The notes beneath the pieces are model-generated. The model saw only the letters and a program-made list of their open reading frames with translations, did not search any database and was not told the origin of the DNA. Positions 1 through 10,506 of a DNA stretch of 32,532 bases are shown here, piece by piece. A program made the translations under genes and the position numbers. How positions within the stretch are numbered: position 1 is the stretch's first letter; every line of letters begins with the position of its first letter. Origin of the DNA: Vermamoeba vermiformis (Eukaryota); contig JBEWZL010000024.1 in NCBI GenBank assembly GCA_045837725.1, positions 1 through 32,532 on the forward strand, given 5' to 3'.

Positions 1-104
1 GAATGCCTGCGCTGCTCGTGGGGGTAAATTCAGCTTTATTAGGGGTGGTGGCTCCCCGTCACCCCCCGCCACGGGTTGGGGCTAACGAGAGCACCAAAGC
101 CCCC
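1..104. repeat. Split direct repeat B2 (3' terminus of element)
   Basis: Identical by eye to 337-440 (gaatgcctgcgc...caaagccccc); contains a minus-strand AATAAA (tttatt 35-40). Confidence 0.95.
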
Positions 105-137
105 TATTGTACAACGTGAATAAAAATAAAAATTAAA

Positions 138-337
138 AAGAAAAAATTAACAAATAAATATTAGGCTCTGTCAAATATACGAGCCTTGTGGTAGTCTTGG
201 CGTTGGCGTTCGACACTTCTATTTCCTCGAACTTCCAATTTTGGTGTGAATCGCACGTGACTTCTCCACCAGGGCTGCCAAAAACCGATCCGCTTGGCCT
301 ATTCATACGCTAAGTGCTGCGTCACTGTAGCTGCACG
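138..337. repeat. Split direct repeat A2
   Basis: Matches 4503-4701 except one indel in an A-run (ccaaaaaccg vs ccaaaaccg). Confidence 0.95.
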
Positions 338-440
338 AATGCCTGCGCTGCTCGTGGGGGTAAATTCAGCTTTATTAGGGGTGGTGGCTCCCCGTCACCC
401 CCCGCCACGGGTTGGGGCTAACGAGAGCACCAAAGCCCCC
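337..440. repeat. Split direct repeat B1
   Basis: Identical to 1-104; abuts A2 at gctgcac-g-aatgcc, the predicted circle-junction sequence. Confidence 0.95.
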
Positions 441-469
441 AAACACAGCGAACGAGCCCCCAAACCAGA

Positions 470-1545
470 TCATTGATAGATTGCCGCCGCCGTCGCCAGA
501 GACAAGGAAGAGCAGCGCTCAAAAAATTGAGGAGTTCTCATCGCCTCGATGATCGCCTGTGGGACTGACAAGCGCTGATCCAGAGAAAAAGTGACGTAAC
601 GCATGTAGGCGTCTGACACCCAGTCTCCTTGAGCCTTGACCATCACCCTGTCCGCTCCCGCGATGAAGGCTCCCGTCGTGCCACCTTTACGCAGCGAGTG
701 TGCGGAGAAATCCTTCGGATCCAACCCGCACTGAAGGCAGGTCTTCTTGATCACTGGAGAAAACAGGTAAGTAAGCACAATATGCAACTACTGCCACGAT
801 ACTTACTATCGTTAAGCTTCGAGTGCACCAGCGGCATAACTCTACCGTCATCACCTTTAAAACAAAAAATCGACCCCGATTCAGGCATGGGACACAAGGC
901 CCACATCGCCTCCAGGGCCACTTCGGGACACAGCGCATTTCCCGGTACTGAGAGCAGCGGGATGATCAGCCTTCTCTCGTTGAATTGGACTGTCTTCGTT
1001 CGATTGAGCGAAATTAAGAAACCACGCTCGTTCCTTGACAAGTTCAACGCGCTGAGATGCTTTGCTGGGTCGAATTTCTTCGCAGATTTCTGCACAAGGT
1101 TTCCACCCCGAAGAAAAGACCAGAAGCCGACCACGAGGCAAGCCCAGAAAGTGCGGTGGAGAGATGATGACCAGTCTAAGCACGCCTTGAGTTTGAGCAA
1201 CTCCACAGGAGTGAGAGGGTGCTTGCTCGACGGTGTGTAGGACTGCGCGCGTTTAATGCCCTTGAGGACCACCTTGAGGCGAAGGCTGTCACGCGCTGGG
1301 TGTGGGCCACCATGCAACTGTTGAAAAGCGAAAATGGCTGTCAAGTATGTCTTGATCGAACTTGCCTTGACGCCATTATTTGCAAGATATGCCGCGTAGT
1401 CGGCCAGGACAAACTCGTTCGTCGGGAAGAATGTTCGATTCGAAGCGTAGCAGAACCTGGCAAAGGCCGAAACCACTGCCTGCCTGGCCTTGACCGTGGA
1501 GTCCACATAGCCGAGGCCAATGTAATCTTCCGCTGTCAAAGACAT
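470..1545 (-). CDS. Tyrosine recombinase of the retroelement, 2 exons (1545-807, 753-470), 340 aa
   Basis: Catalytic R in FLRGGNL, HSLRKGG (HxxR), GDWVSDAYMRY (W and Tyr nucleophile). The two ORFs join in frame by removing a 53-nt GTAAGT...CTCCAG intron (806-754). Confidence 0.92.
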
Positions 1546-3170
1546 TCTGGATCAAACTCGGGGCACAACTGCATGGAGAGCCCTTTGTCAATCAGTTTGT
1601 CGAAATTCAATCGCGAACCCGCATCTGCCAGGTCGTTAAGAACCCCCGGTACGTGGACCGCAGTCAAGTGAAAGTTGTGTGTCGCTGATAGCCAAAACAG
1701 AGACCGTAGCATTCGCATGATGATTGGGGATGCTGAAGACCCCTTGTTGATGGCCGAAACGGTCGTGGTATTGTCCGATGAGACGATCACCCGCTTGTTG
1801 GCCCATTCTGGGGCCCAGCGAAGCGCAGCCAAGTAGACTGAAAGGCACTCCTTATCATTGATGTGCCACGCAGATGTCAAAGGGTCGTGGATCCGCACGA
1901 TGAAGTGCTTGTCGAAGATAGCACACGCAGCACTATTTGAGGCGTCCACCTCAAACCGACGCATGTCAATGGGCATTGGGTCCAGCATAACGGCTTTGCC
2001 ATTCCAGGCGCTCGCAAATCGAAGCCACCAATCCAAATCTGCACGGAATTCATCGTCTAGAGACACCACGTGATGTCGCTCTGGGACCGAGTTGGCCAGG
2101 ATGATCATGCGGCGGAGGAAAGTGCGTCCGCCCCTGATCACTTTAGCGCCGAAGTTGAGCTTACCAATCAAGCGCTCCAGATCGCGCTTAGTGCACGAAA
2201 CTCGATCCTTGAAGCTCCGTAGAATGTCGAGAAGGTCAGCTAGCTTGTCTTCTGGTAAAGAAATGATGCGATCATGCATATTGATGCGGATGCCAAGGAA
2301 GACCAGATCCTGACAGGGCTCAACCATCTTCTTCTCTGAAATTGGCCAACCCAATTCGGTTAGACACTCGCGGAAATTGACGAAGTCTTTCCAAGCTTGA
2401 GCGCGTGCAGCATCAGAGTCAGTGCCAACAGAAAGCACGAGGAAGTCGTCAATGTAGGGCAAAATGAAGGCCACGTTAAAGAACTTGTTGCCTACTCGGA
2501 CAATGAAATTAGAAATTCTCCAGAAAACGTAAGGAGCTGAAGCTAGACCAAAGCAGAGGCGCAGATCGATGTAGAAGGTGCCACGCCACTCGAAGCCAAA
2601 GTAATGCCAGTCACCCGGCCAGATCGGGACATGACGATAAGCTGTTTCAATGTCGAACTTGCAGCTAAAAACCCAAGGGTTTTCCATTATGAAGTCGCAT
2701 GCATCATCGACCGTGCTAAACTGAAAATTGACCAAATCAATGTATTCATTCAACGCCGCACCCTTTGGGCGACTGAGATCAGTAATGCGACGGAACTTGC
2801 CTTCGCTCTTCTTGACTGCACCAAGAGCATTGACTTTGTATGGTTGGACTGGCAGTACTGCAATGAAACCCTTCTCTAGTTCCGTCATAATGTCTTGGTG
2901 GATGAAGTCTTCGCACTCCAAGACACTAGCGTAGTTCGGCAAGAAAGACGCTGGCACAGCCACACCCTCCTTGACAACTCGAAGGCCACCACCAGGCTTG
3001 AAAATGTCGGTCAGGAAGTCGGCGTCAGAGTCCCCCACCAAGAATCTCTTCCACTGATTGAAGCGGAGGGTCACTGCACTAGAGCGGGCTACGATCTCTA
3101 CTCCCGGCGCTCCGCAGACGCGCCCGATGAACTCGTCTTGCCGGGATGGCCTTTTGGGCCACTGGAGCAA
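1536..3170 (-). CDS. Reverse transcriptase / RNase H (pol)
   Basis: FRRITDLS, KFDIETAYRH, LCFGLASAP, YIDD; RNase H motifs DAS, HINDKE, SDN, HVPGVLNDLADAGSR. No ATG near the 5' end, so probably reached by frameshift from gag. Confidence 0.95.
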   Translation of the reverse strand: MLQWPKRPSRQDEFIGRVCGAPGVEIVARSSAVTLRFNQWKRFLVGDSDADFLTDIFKPGGGLRVVKEGVAVPASFLPNYASVLECEDFIHQDIMTELEKGFIAVLPVQPYKVNALGAVKKSEGKFRRITDLSRPKGAALNEYIDLVNFQFSTVDDACDFIMENPWVFSCKFDIETAYRHVPIWPGDWHYFGFEWRGTFYIDLRLCFGLASAPYVFWRISNFIVRVGNKFFNVAFILPYIDDFLVLSVGTDSDAARAQAWKDFVNFRECLTELGWPISEKKMVEPCQDLVFLGIRINMHDRIISLPEDKLADLLDILRSFKDRVSCTKRDLERLIGKLNFGAKVIRGGRTFLRRMIILANSVPERHHVVSLDDEFRADLDWWLRFASAWNGKAVMLDPMPIDMRRFEVDASNSAACAIFDKHFIVRIHDPLTSAWHINDKECLSVYLAALRWAPEWANKRVIVSSDNTTTVSAINKGSSASPIIMRMLRSLFWLSATHNFHLTAVHVPGVLNDLADAGSRLNFDKLIDKGLSMQLCPEFDPECL

Positions 3171-4480
3171 TGAAGGACATTGTGATTGGAGGACTTACAG
3201 TCAGAGCAAGAATGAGAGTACTCGCATGCATCAGAGCTCTTCGAACAACCCTTGTGACCGTTGAAAGCAAAGCAGACACCCTTCTTCTTCTTGGTGCCTG
3301 AAAAGGCCTTGGGCTTGTTGTCCTGCTTGGCCTCGGCACGTTGATGAATTGGACGCGCTCGAAGAGTAGTGAAGAGGCTCTCCAAGGGCCTGTCTTTCCA
3401 GCGAAGCTTGCCCACTGCTTGGAGCGATCTGAGGCGCTCGTCCAGTGCCATAACTGAGAGCCATTCGTAGCCATCACCAAGCTCCACGATCCAGCGGACA
3501 AAGGCATTGTAATCTCGCTCGACAAAACCTTCCTCCTTCTCGAGGAGGTCCTTGACTTCCCACGACGCTCGGATATAATCCTCCGCGTTCTGTGGGACCT
3601 TAGCCTGCGAGGGTTGCAACCTCTTCTCCAATGCCTCCTTGGTGAAACAGCGCGGGAGATAGACCTGGCCTGGCTTCCTCAGCTCGACTGTCGCTTGGAC
3701 GTCCGCCAGTTGACCAACAGGGGTGGCTTTCGACGTTCCGTGGATCAAAGATTGGCCCCAGGGCTGAGGCAAAAGCAAGTTGTTGATGGGGCTCTGGGGA
3801 ACGAGGCTCCCGGCTAGCGAGTCCAACTGCGATTTCATCGACGACAACTTGAGCTCCAATTGGGCGATAAGTGCGTCAGCACCCGCCGCCACCTTAGGGT
3901 CTTTCGCCAAAGCGCTAGGAGGGGGGACATCCGTGATCTGAACTGCTGGAGCTGTAGCAGGGGTCTTCGGTTGAGACTCTCCGATCTTCTGCCGTTTATT
4001 GCGCTTCTTCTTCATGTACTCTCGGACAGCTCGGGCAATCTCCGCTTCAGTACTGTCTGAGTCTTCTGAATCTTGGTCGCCATCCGAGTTGATCTTCTCA
4101 GGAGACTCCGATGGGCGATCCACTGGCTGAGGAGGTCCCTGGGACGACCAATTCTCCACCCGTTTAGTCACTGGGGCCAACAACGGCAACAGCTCCGGAT
4201 CCTCCACTAAATCTGCCGCCTTGGAGTAGATCCGAGAGATTTCCTCCTTCGACACTGCTGGACTGCGCTCCAATTGATCAAACTCCCCTCCTAAGCAGTA
4301 CGCCAACGCCAGGGAGCATAAGAAGCGAAGCTGGTCCACATCTGACCCAGCCTGATCTATGATCGACCATTTCACGGATCCCAGAGCTTGCTTCCAGAGT
4401 CGCGCTTCAGGCCAGTTTGAGAGTAGTGGGGTCTTGAGTGTCTCCACTAGGTTCTGGATAAACGATTGTCTCGCAGTCAT
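3098..4480 (-). CDS. Gag-like ORF1 with C-terminal Cys/His zinc-binding region
   Basis: 460 aa, ATG just inside repeat A1; CFAFN..GC...C...H.C..C....H....C motif typical of YR-retroelement ORF1; overlaps pol. Confidence 0.85.
   Translation of the reverse strand: MTARQSFIQNLVETLKTPLLSNWPEARLWKQALGSVKWSIIDQAGSDVDQLRFLCSLALAYCLGGEFDQLERSPAVSKEEISRIYSKAADLVEDPELLPLLAPVTKRVENWSSQGPPQPVDRPSESPEKINSDGDQDSEDSDSTEAEIARAVREYMKKKRNKRQKIGESQPKTPATAPAVQITDVPPPSALAKDPKVAAGADALIAQLELKLSSMKSQLDSLAGSLVPQSPINNLLLPQPWGQSLIHGTSKATPVGQLADVQATVELRKPGQVYLPRCFTKEALEKRLQPSQAKVPQNAEDYIRASWEVKDLLEKEEGFVERDYNAFVRWIVELGDGYEWLSVMALDERLRSLQAVGKLRWKDRPLESLFTTLRARPIHQRAEAKQDNKPKAFSGTKKKKGVCFAFNGHKGCSKSSDACEYSHSCSDCKSSNHNVLHCSSGPKGHPGKTSSSGASAERRE
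3102..3158 (-). promoter_or_regulatory. Putative -1 ribosomal frameshift signal (gag to pol)
   Basis: C_CCA_AAA heptamer (3158-3152) in gag phase, pol is in the -1 frame, 5-nt spacer, then stem-loop UCCCGGC/GCCGGGA (3146-3140 with 3108-3102) enclosing AGACG/CGUCU. Confidence 0.7.
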
Positions 4481-4502
4481 CGTTGAAATTTATTTCCGAA
4501 TT

Positions 4503-4701
4503 AAGAAAAAATTAACAAATAAATATTAGGCTCTGTCAAATATACGAGCCTTGTGGTAGTCTTGGCGTTGGCGTTCGACACTTCTATTTCCTCGAACTTC
4601 CAATTTTGGTGTGAATCGCACGTGACTTCTCCACCAGGGCTGCCAAAACCGATCCGCTTGGCCTATTCATACGCTAAGTGCTGCGTCACTGTAGCTGCAC
4701 G
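4503..4701. repeat. Split direct repeat A1 (5' terminus of element)
   Basis: Near-identical to 138-337; sequence switches to AT-rich host coding DNA immediately after 4701. Confidence 0.95.
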
Positions 4702-5376
4702 GATGGAGAGTACTTTAAACCGATCTTGTCTTATTTAAGAACTGGCGAGCTGGAAATACCACACGATATGTCCCATAATAGAGTACTACGTGAAGCAGAA
4801 TATTACAACATTAGATTGCCAGAAATAGAAGTTGACGAATCCGAATCCAACGATCAACCAAGACAATTGCTAAAATTCAATGGAATATACGTCTCATCTG
4901 ATTTAAGCAAAGGCCTATTATTTTTGGATGATAAGAACGTGCTGGTCTACAAAACAAACGAAAACGTGATGGAGCGCGAGGTTTATCATTATCCCATGAA
5001 CGAGCTGCAGATTTCGTTTGAAGGAAATTTCTTTTTATTGGACAAATACCTTATTAACAACTCGATGAGCTTTGATTTTTATACCGGCGAATTACCCAAG
5101 CCAAACACCGATTACAAATGCCATCAAGACAAAAAACTAATTTTAGCGCTAAGTTTCAGACCGAACCAACAGCTGAATATTATAGGCACGCATACGAAGA
5201 CTATGAATACTGATTATCACGTGTCAAGAACACCGCGGAACATTCCGATCATCTTGCTGAAGAATTGCAATGTTTTAGCGGCCGAGAAAACAAACACGTT
5301 CTCGCTGATTTATTGTTTCGGCGATATTTTAGTGGCCTGCACGAGCAGCATGCAGTTCATATTAGTTAGGACCTAG
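4702..5376 (+). pseudogene. 3' part of a BTB/POZ (KCTD/T1-type) gene interrupted by the retrotransposon
   Basis: Begins DGEYFKPILSYLRTGEL...VLREAEYYNI, the second half of the KCTD BTB motif (FIDRDG.F..IL.YLR.G); the first half is absent from the window. Confidence 0.8.
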
Positions 5377-5793
5377 TGTAGTTATATCAATCAATAAACC
5401 CTTGTACATTTGTAGATAACCTTCTTTCAAAATCAAATGCTTAGTGCTAGATCCGGATCTGCGGTGAACTTACGATAGGGCCATAAACAATAGTGTGCCG
5501 CGTACTTGAATTCTCATTCTGAGAACCGTTGACTTTTCGTTGACTGAGTCAGAACCGTAAAATGACATTCCTAGCTTATAGTAAGTCCCTTTTGGACCTA
5601 TTACTTTCTCGATTCAGCTAACTCAAGCCAATAAGATAGTAGTGCAGGTTACTTATGATTAATAACAACAGTTACTGGATAGAAACGACTAGTCGAAAAT
5701 GGACCTAAATGGCTACAATAAAATAGCGCTAGGACAAGTAAATAGTTCGATGCTCTATCGAAAAGCCATTCGCCGCATTATGTTTATTATTGT

Positions 5794-8051
5794 TCACAAA
5801 AAATGCTGAAATTTGACGTCCGCGTAAGTGATGTGTTTCAGCGCAAAAAGTTCGTTGAAAAAAACAGCTTCGAGTCGGATCAACACTGCCGTCACCAACT
5901 GCATTCTGACAGTGACGCGTTTAAGTACTGAAAATCCTTCAAAGTACGGCAATATTGTTTTTGCCGTAATGTCTTGGTTTGTTAAATGGAAAAATACTTT
6001 GATTTCTTCGAGCTTTGGAATACTTTTCAACTGTTTGAACGTCGCTGTGGTATCGACCGATGCACCCATCTAACAATAATCATATATTAATACTATTACA
6101 TAATGTATTGATATTAACGTACGTGTATTGTGAGTGATTTTAAGGATCGAAATTTTGACCAATCAAATGACAGGCTTGCATCCAGTACAACATGCAATTC
6201 TTCCAATCTCAGCGATGCTAGTGCCTCCAATAACTCCACTGTTATTTCTTTATCGTATCGGACTGATGTCAATTTGTCATTTGCAGCGAGTATTTTGAGC
6301 GCATCTGGCTGTTTGCAACCAAACCAGATCTTCTCCAGAATTTTATGATTGACAACGTCTTCGACGAATTCGCTTCTAATATTGGTATTAGAATATCCTA
6401 TACGTATCATAATCGTAATTCTTACATTACGTAGTCGCCGCCAAATTTTCTCAATTTGGGATATTTCGCTAATTTAAATAAGCCCGAATATCCGTGGAGT
6501 TGTAATGACTCGATATTAATCAATTGATCTATAATATAATATAACTATAAGTACTAGAGTATAGGACAATATTGATTATATCTCTTGCCTATTGTTTCTT
6601 CGGTGGAACTGTCTCTAATGATGTCTTTTGCATTTGTGTCCTGAAAGCCCGTTTTGAATCGTAAATGCAGTTTTTTCATTCTAAAAATAGACAGGTTAAT
6701 AAATTTGATAAAAATAGGCAAGTTGATTTTTTACGTACTGTTTCGGATCAGCCAATTTTAGCGAAAATATTGGACTACCAATGACTAATATCTTCAATTT
6801 CTTAAGGCTTGATAAGTCCCAGTGCATAATTCTCGCGCAGTTTATTTGCAGCTCTTCTAAATTCACGTACCTACCAAAAAAAATCGTTACGGAGCCAGAT
6901 CTACTTATCATCAACCTTCAACTGCATCGCAAACGGTGAATATTATTTCAATATACTACTGCAAATGAAAAATAGGCCCAATATTGATATTGAATTTTTC
7001 GTGTTTAAACTAGATCCAGATGCGGCCAACGAGCTAATTGAATCTTGGTTAGATAATGACTTACTGCTCCAAGGTTTCAAATATCTTAGATTGACTAGTT
7101 AGGTGATCGAATTGACAGGCCACATCAACATTTAACTTCATTCGCGTAATATTTTCAGTCGCTAATTTAAATCGACCAAAATAACCCGGATCCATGGCGA
7201 TACCAGTCAGAGATTTCAGCGCTGTGTGCTCGCCATAATAAGAGTTGTATATATCGGAACTGCAATCTCGAAGGTCTATATATGTCAACTTCAACTGAAC
7301 TAAAATAAAAAATTGGGTCAGGATCCACATCCATTCTTACGATAAACACCGATAGATTTAGTATGATTAAGCAATAATATGGTGCTATTTACTTACTTAA
7401 GTCGTCGACTATGAGTCTGTTAAGTCGTTTGCAGCCTCGCATCTTGAGTACTCGAAGTTTCGGAATCTGACACACGATCTGTCTGAAGAGACCGTTGGAC
7501 ATTTGATTGCAATGTGAAACATCTAATAATAAACCATTAAATATCAATTTATGCTATATTTCCGCTATTCTAACCAAACAGTGTCTTTAATGGCCTTTTT
7601 AAAAATAACGCCTGAAAAAAAAATATTTTACTTTAATTTTAAAATAATATTTTACCTAATTCAACGACGGAAGTAAGTCGCTCTTGTTTGAAAGAAAAGA
7701 ATTGATGGTAAGTGATCTTATTCTCAGCTCTTAAGGATAATTTAGACCACGAGAACCGAACTATCTTTCCAAAGACCTTGCTTGTAAATAAAAGTGCTCC
7801 AAAATCCCTTCGCGCCGATAATTCAGAAGATATTATAGCCAATAATTCATTAGGCAGATCGGTTAACGAAAACCTACAAAAAAAAAGCAAACTTAAATTA
7901 TTACACAAATATCTCGCTAATTAAAAATATTTAGTGCATTTATTAGTGCTTGCACTATAATTAGATGATTATTTCGAAATTTGAGCTTAACTTTGAATTT
8001 ACGATCGTAAATTAAATGTGAAATCGTTGCTTACGAGGTCAATTCAGCCAT
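5794..8051 (-). CDS. F-box / leucine-rich-repeat protein, multi-exon
   Basis: Short first exon MAELTS with GTAAG donor spliced to FSLTDLPNELLAII (F-box-like); downstream exons with LxxLxL repeats (NLEELQI, LKKLKILVI, LKSLTI). Internal exon boundaries approximate. Confidence 0.65.
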
Positions 8052-8178
8052 TTAAGGGGCACTTAGTCTAGTAAATTTGGCACTAAAATAATACGTTATT
8101 GACTTTTATGTTGACTAGTCTTGGTCGTTAGACAGTTAAATAACCTAAACAAAAGGGGCACACAATTGTATTACTTTA

Positions 8179-10090
8179 CTAACAGTATTGCAATTGAGCT
8201 AAGAGAACTACAATTTGATCCATCAACTGACGAGCAGGACCAGATCCAGCGGCGTTTTGATTTACCATTACTGAGAATACGATAGGATTGTACTGGCCGG
8301 GACGCAAGACATATCCAGCCAATGTATATGTATCAGACAGCGATCCTATAGTTATCGATATTCAATTAGTCTCACGAGAACCTCTTATAGATCTCGATCC
8401 GATCTTACCAGTCTTTGCAAACACAACGCCTTGAGCAGGAGTGCCAACGAATCTATATTTCAGCGTACCAGACTCGCCTATATAAATTATATGATAAATT
8501 AGTGCCAGATAAGATAAGGTAACGGATCGCATCTGTTTCGTACCGGCAACAGGAAGAATGTTCACGAATGAAGGTGCCTTCTGTAATATGGCTCTTAAAA
8601 ACAGTACGAGTGATTTAGGACTGATTAAGTTCTTGCGACTCAATCCACTGCCGTCAGCTTGAATGAACAGATCGCCGTCCACACCCAAATTAGTGAGAAC
8701 GGACCTGACTTTAGCCAAGCCGTTGTCAACCTCGTCGAGATTAGCTACAATGTCATATTAGTATATGATTTCTTTAGTACTTTGCTTTGGACTTACGATC
8801 TGAGATGAAATTTGTTCCTAAATGTCTGAGCCACATTTCAGCCTCCAAATTAACGCTCCATTGCAAAGTATTATTCATCATAACATATAAAGGCGGCGAG
8901 GTGAGCGAAGCCGCCGATTGAACGATGAACTCGTTGCTGTCGTCGAACGCGATCTGTTGTTTAATCGCTTCCATCGTGTGCAAGCCCTCGTGCGTGACTT
9001 GAATATTGTTGTTTTTCAACGCAGCCACGAATTGCTTTTGGAAATAGAGCGCTGTATCGGCCACAGCAACACTAACATCGAACGATTGCGCGCCAACGCT
9101 AACTTGACCAGTCAACTTGAGGTAAGTGGTGCCCCATTGATAATTAGCATCGAGTGTATTGACATTCGGAGTTGAGGCTGCAATAATATTAGTTCATAAT
9201 AATAATCAATAAAACGTTCTAGGACGCAGAAAAAAAATTACGAAAAAGATAGATACAAGCTGATTCAAAAGCAAACTTACTAGTAGCAACGTTAATGATT
9301 AACTTGCTCAACAAATAGTCTTGATCGGCGCTATTATAGAACTTGACTTGGACATTTTGGCTCGGATCTGAAGGCGGGACAACAGTAAAGGTAATAACGT
9401 TCTCATTCAATACAAAAGGTGTCGGCAGAGCACCCTATATTCCAGTTATTAATATGCATCGTATATTTATGTAACTTACGTAATTGGCGGTGAGATCGCC
9501 CCAATCCCAAGTGCTTGGTGGTTGTAACGCCTTAAAATACGATTGATCGACGCCAACAAAATTAACTGTGGTAATTCCGCTTTGAGACAATTGACTGGCG
9601 AGCTGATCAAGCTTCTGGAAGGTCAAAGAGGGGTCACCGCGTCCTTTAGAAATTTGATCAGCTCAGAAAACGAGTTAGAAAAGTTACCTGTCACAATTAA
9701 TACATCTACAGTGCTTCTACTATTTGCTGCTGTAGCCTTGCTCGTGTATGTTGTAACGTCAGTTTTAATAGCGTAGTCAGGGCCGAGAGACAGCAAGGCA
9801 GATCCAGAAGTCAGCACTTTATTCGTAGATGCAGGCAAAAAATAGTTTACAGCATCCCCTACGATTAATTTATTATTTGATTATTATCTAACTGATCCTA
9901 ACCGGATTTGAAAATATCTCAATTAAATTAACCAAAATACCTACGTGAGTAAAGAGGCTTTCCTTGCCACGTTTGATTGTTAATCTCTTCTACATAAATT
10001 CCCCAACGTGAATGGGTTACAACGGGACTGTTTGCAAGAAGATTGTCAATTAGGCTCTGTAATTGCGAGGGAATTTGACATTTTCTTCCC
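8179..10090 (-). CDS. D-Ala-D-Ala carboxypeptidase/endopeptidase, peptidase S13 (PBP4/DacB-like), intron-containing; 5' exon not found
   Basis: PASTNK (SxxK), SVN (SxN), DGSGLSRKNLISP, LPVAG..GTLKYRF, AKTG motifs spread over exons with GT-AG introns. Confidence 0.88.
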
Positions 10091-10157
10091 CTATATTATT
10101 AATACGTGATCGCATAACATGACCGTTTTTAACTAAATTAATCATGATTTTCTACAG

Positions 10158-10387
10158 GCTCTGATTACCGAATTGAAAAGGGCAGCAGCACCGTCGGATA
10201 CGCTCGCAAAGCTGGTAGCGACTGGAGAATCGAGTGGGGAAGCAGCACTGTTGGCTACTACCGCTCTCGTGGTGCCATTGAAGGCTCCAACGGCTCTACC
10301 TTGAGCTCTCTTAGCAGCGCTCCTGGATCTGGCCCTGAGTACGTCAAGGCTGCCTTCATGGTCTTCAGAAACGAAGGAAAGATTTAA
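10158..10387 (+). CDS. Orphan terminal exon of an unknown repeat protein
   Basis: After the tctacag acceptor it reads (G)SDYRIEKGSSTVGYARKAGSDWRIEWGSSTVGYYRSRG...EGKI*; internal 15-aa repeat, coding-like composition; no in-frame ATG or upstream exon nearby. Confidence 0.55.
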
Positions 10388-10506
10388 GAACTGTATCTAG
10401 CCACAATACAACACTCTGTGTTGTAAATTTTGCTGTAAATACTCGTTGCAATAAACTCGCAGACCTGCGATTGTTCCTTCAACGAAAATTTATTAGTCAC
10501 TTTCCT

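Larger units (their letters stand above)
1..4701 (-). mobile_element. Ngaro-like tyrosine-recombinase (DIRS-order) retrotransposon, apparently full length
   Basis: Minus-strand order A1(4701-4503), gag, RT/RH, YR, B1(440-337), A2(337-138), B2(104-1) is the split-direct-repeat layout of Ngaro/PAT elements. There is no methyltransferase domain after RNase H, which favours Ngaro over DIRS/PAT. The element is markedly GC-richer than flanking DNA. Confidence 0.93.

Noticed and set aside
751-787. Apparent frameshift making YR a pseudogene
   Set aside because: Fully explained by a canonical in-frame 53-nt intron.
629-4060. Several long plus-strand ORFs (e.g. 629-1240, 1219-1671) inside the retroelement
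   Set aside because: Antisense shadows of GC-rich YR/RT/gag coding sequence; no recognisable motifs.
4678-4701. Element-derived N-terminus (MLRHCSCT) fused to the BTB ORF
   Set aside because: Starts at GTG within repeat A1; a chance open frame across the junction with no evidence of use.
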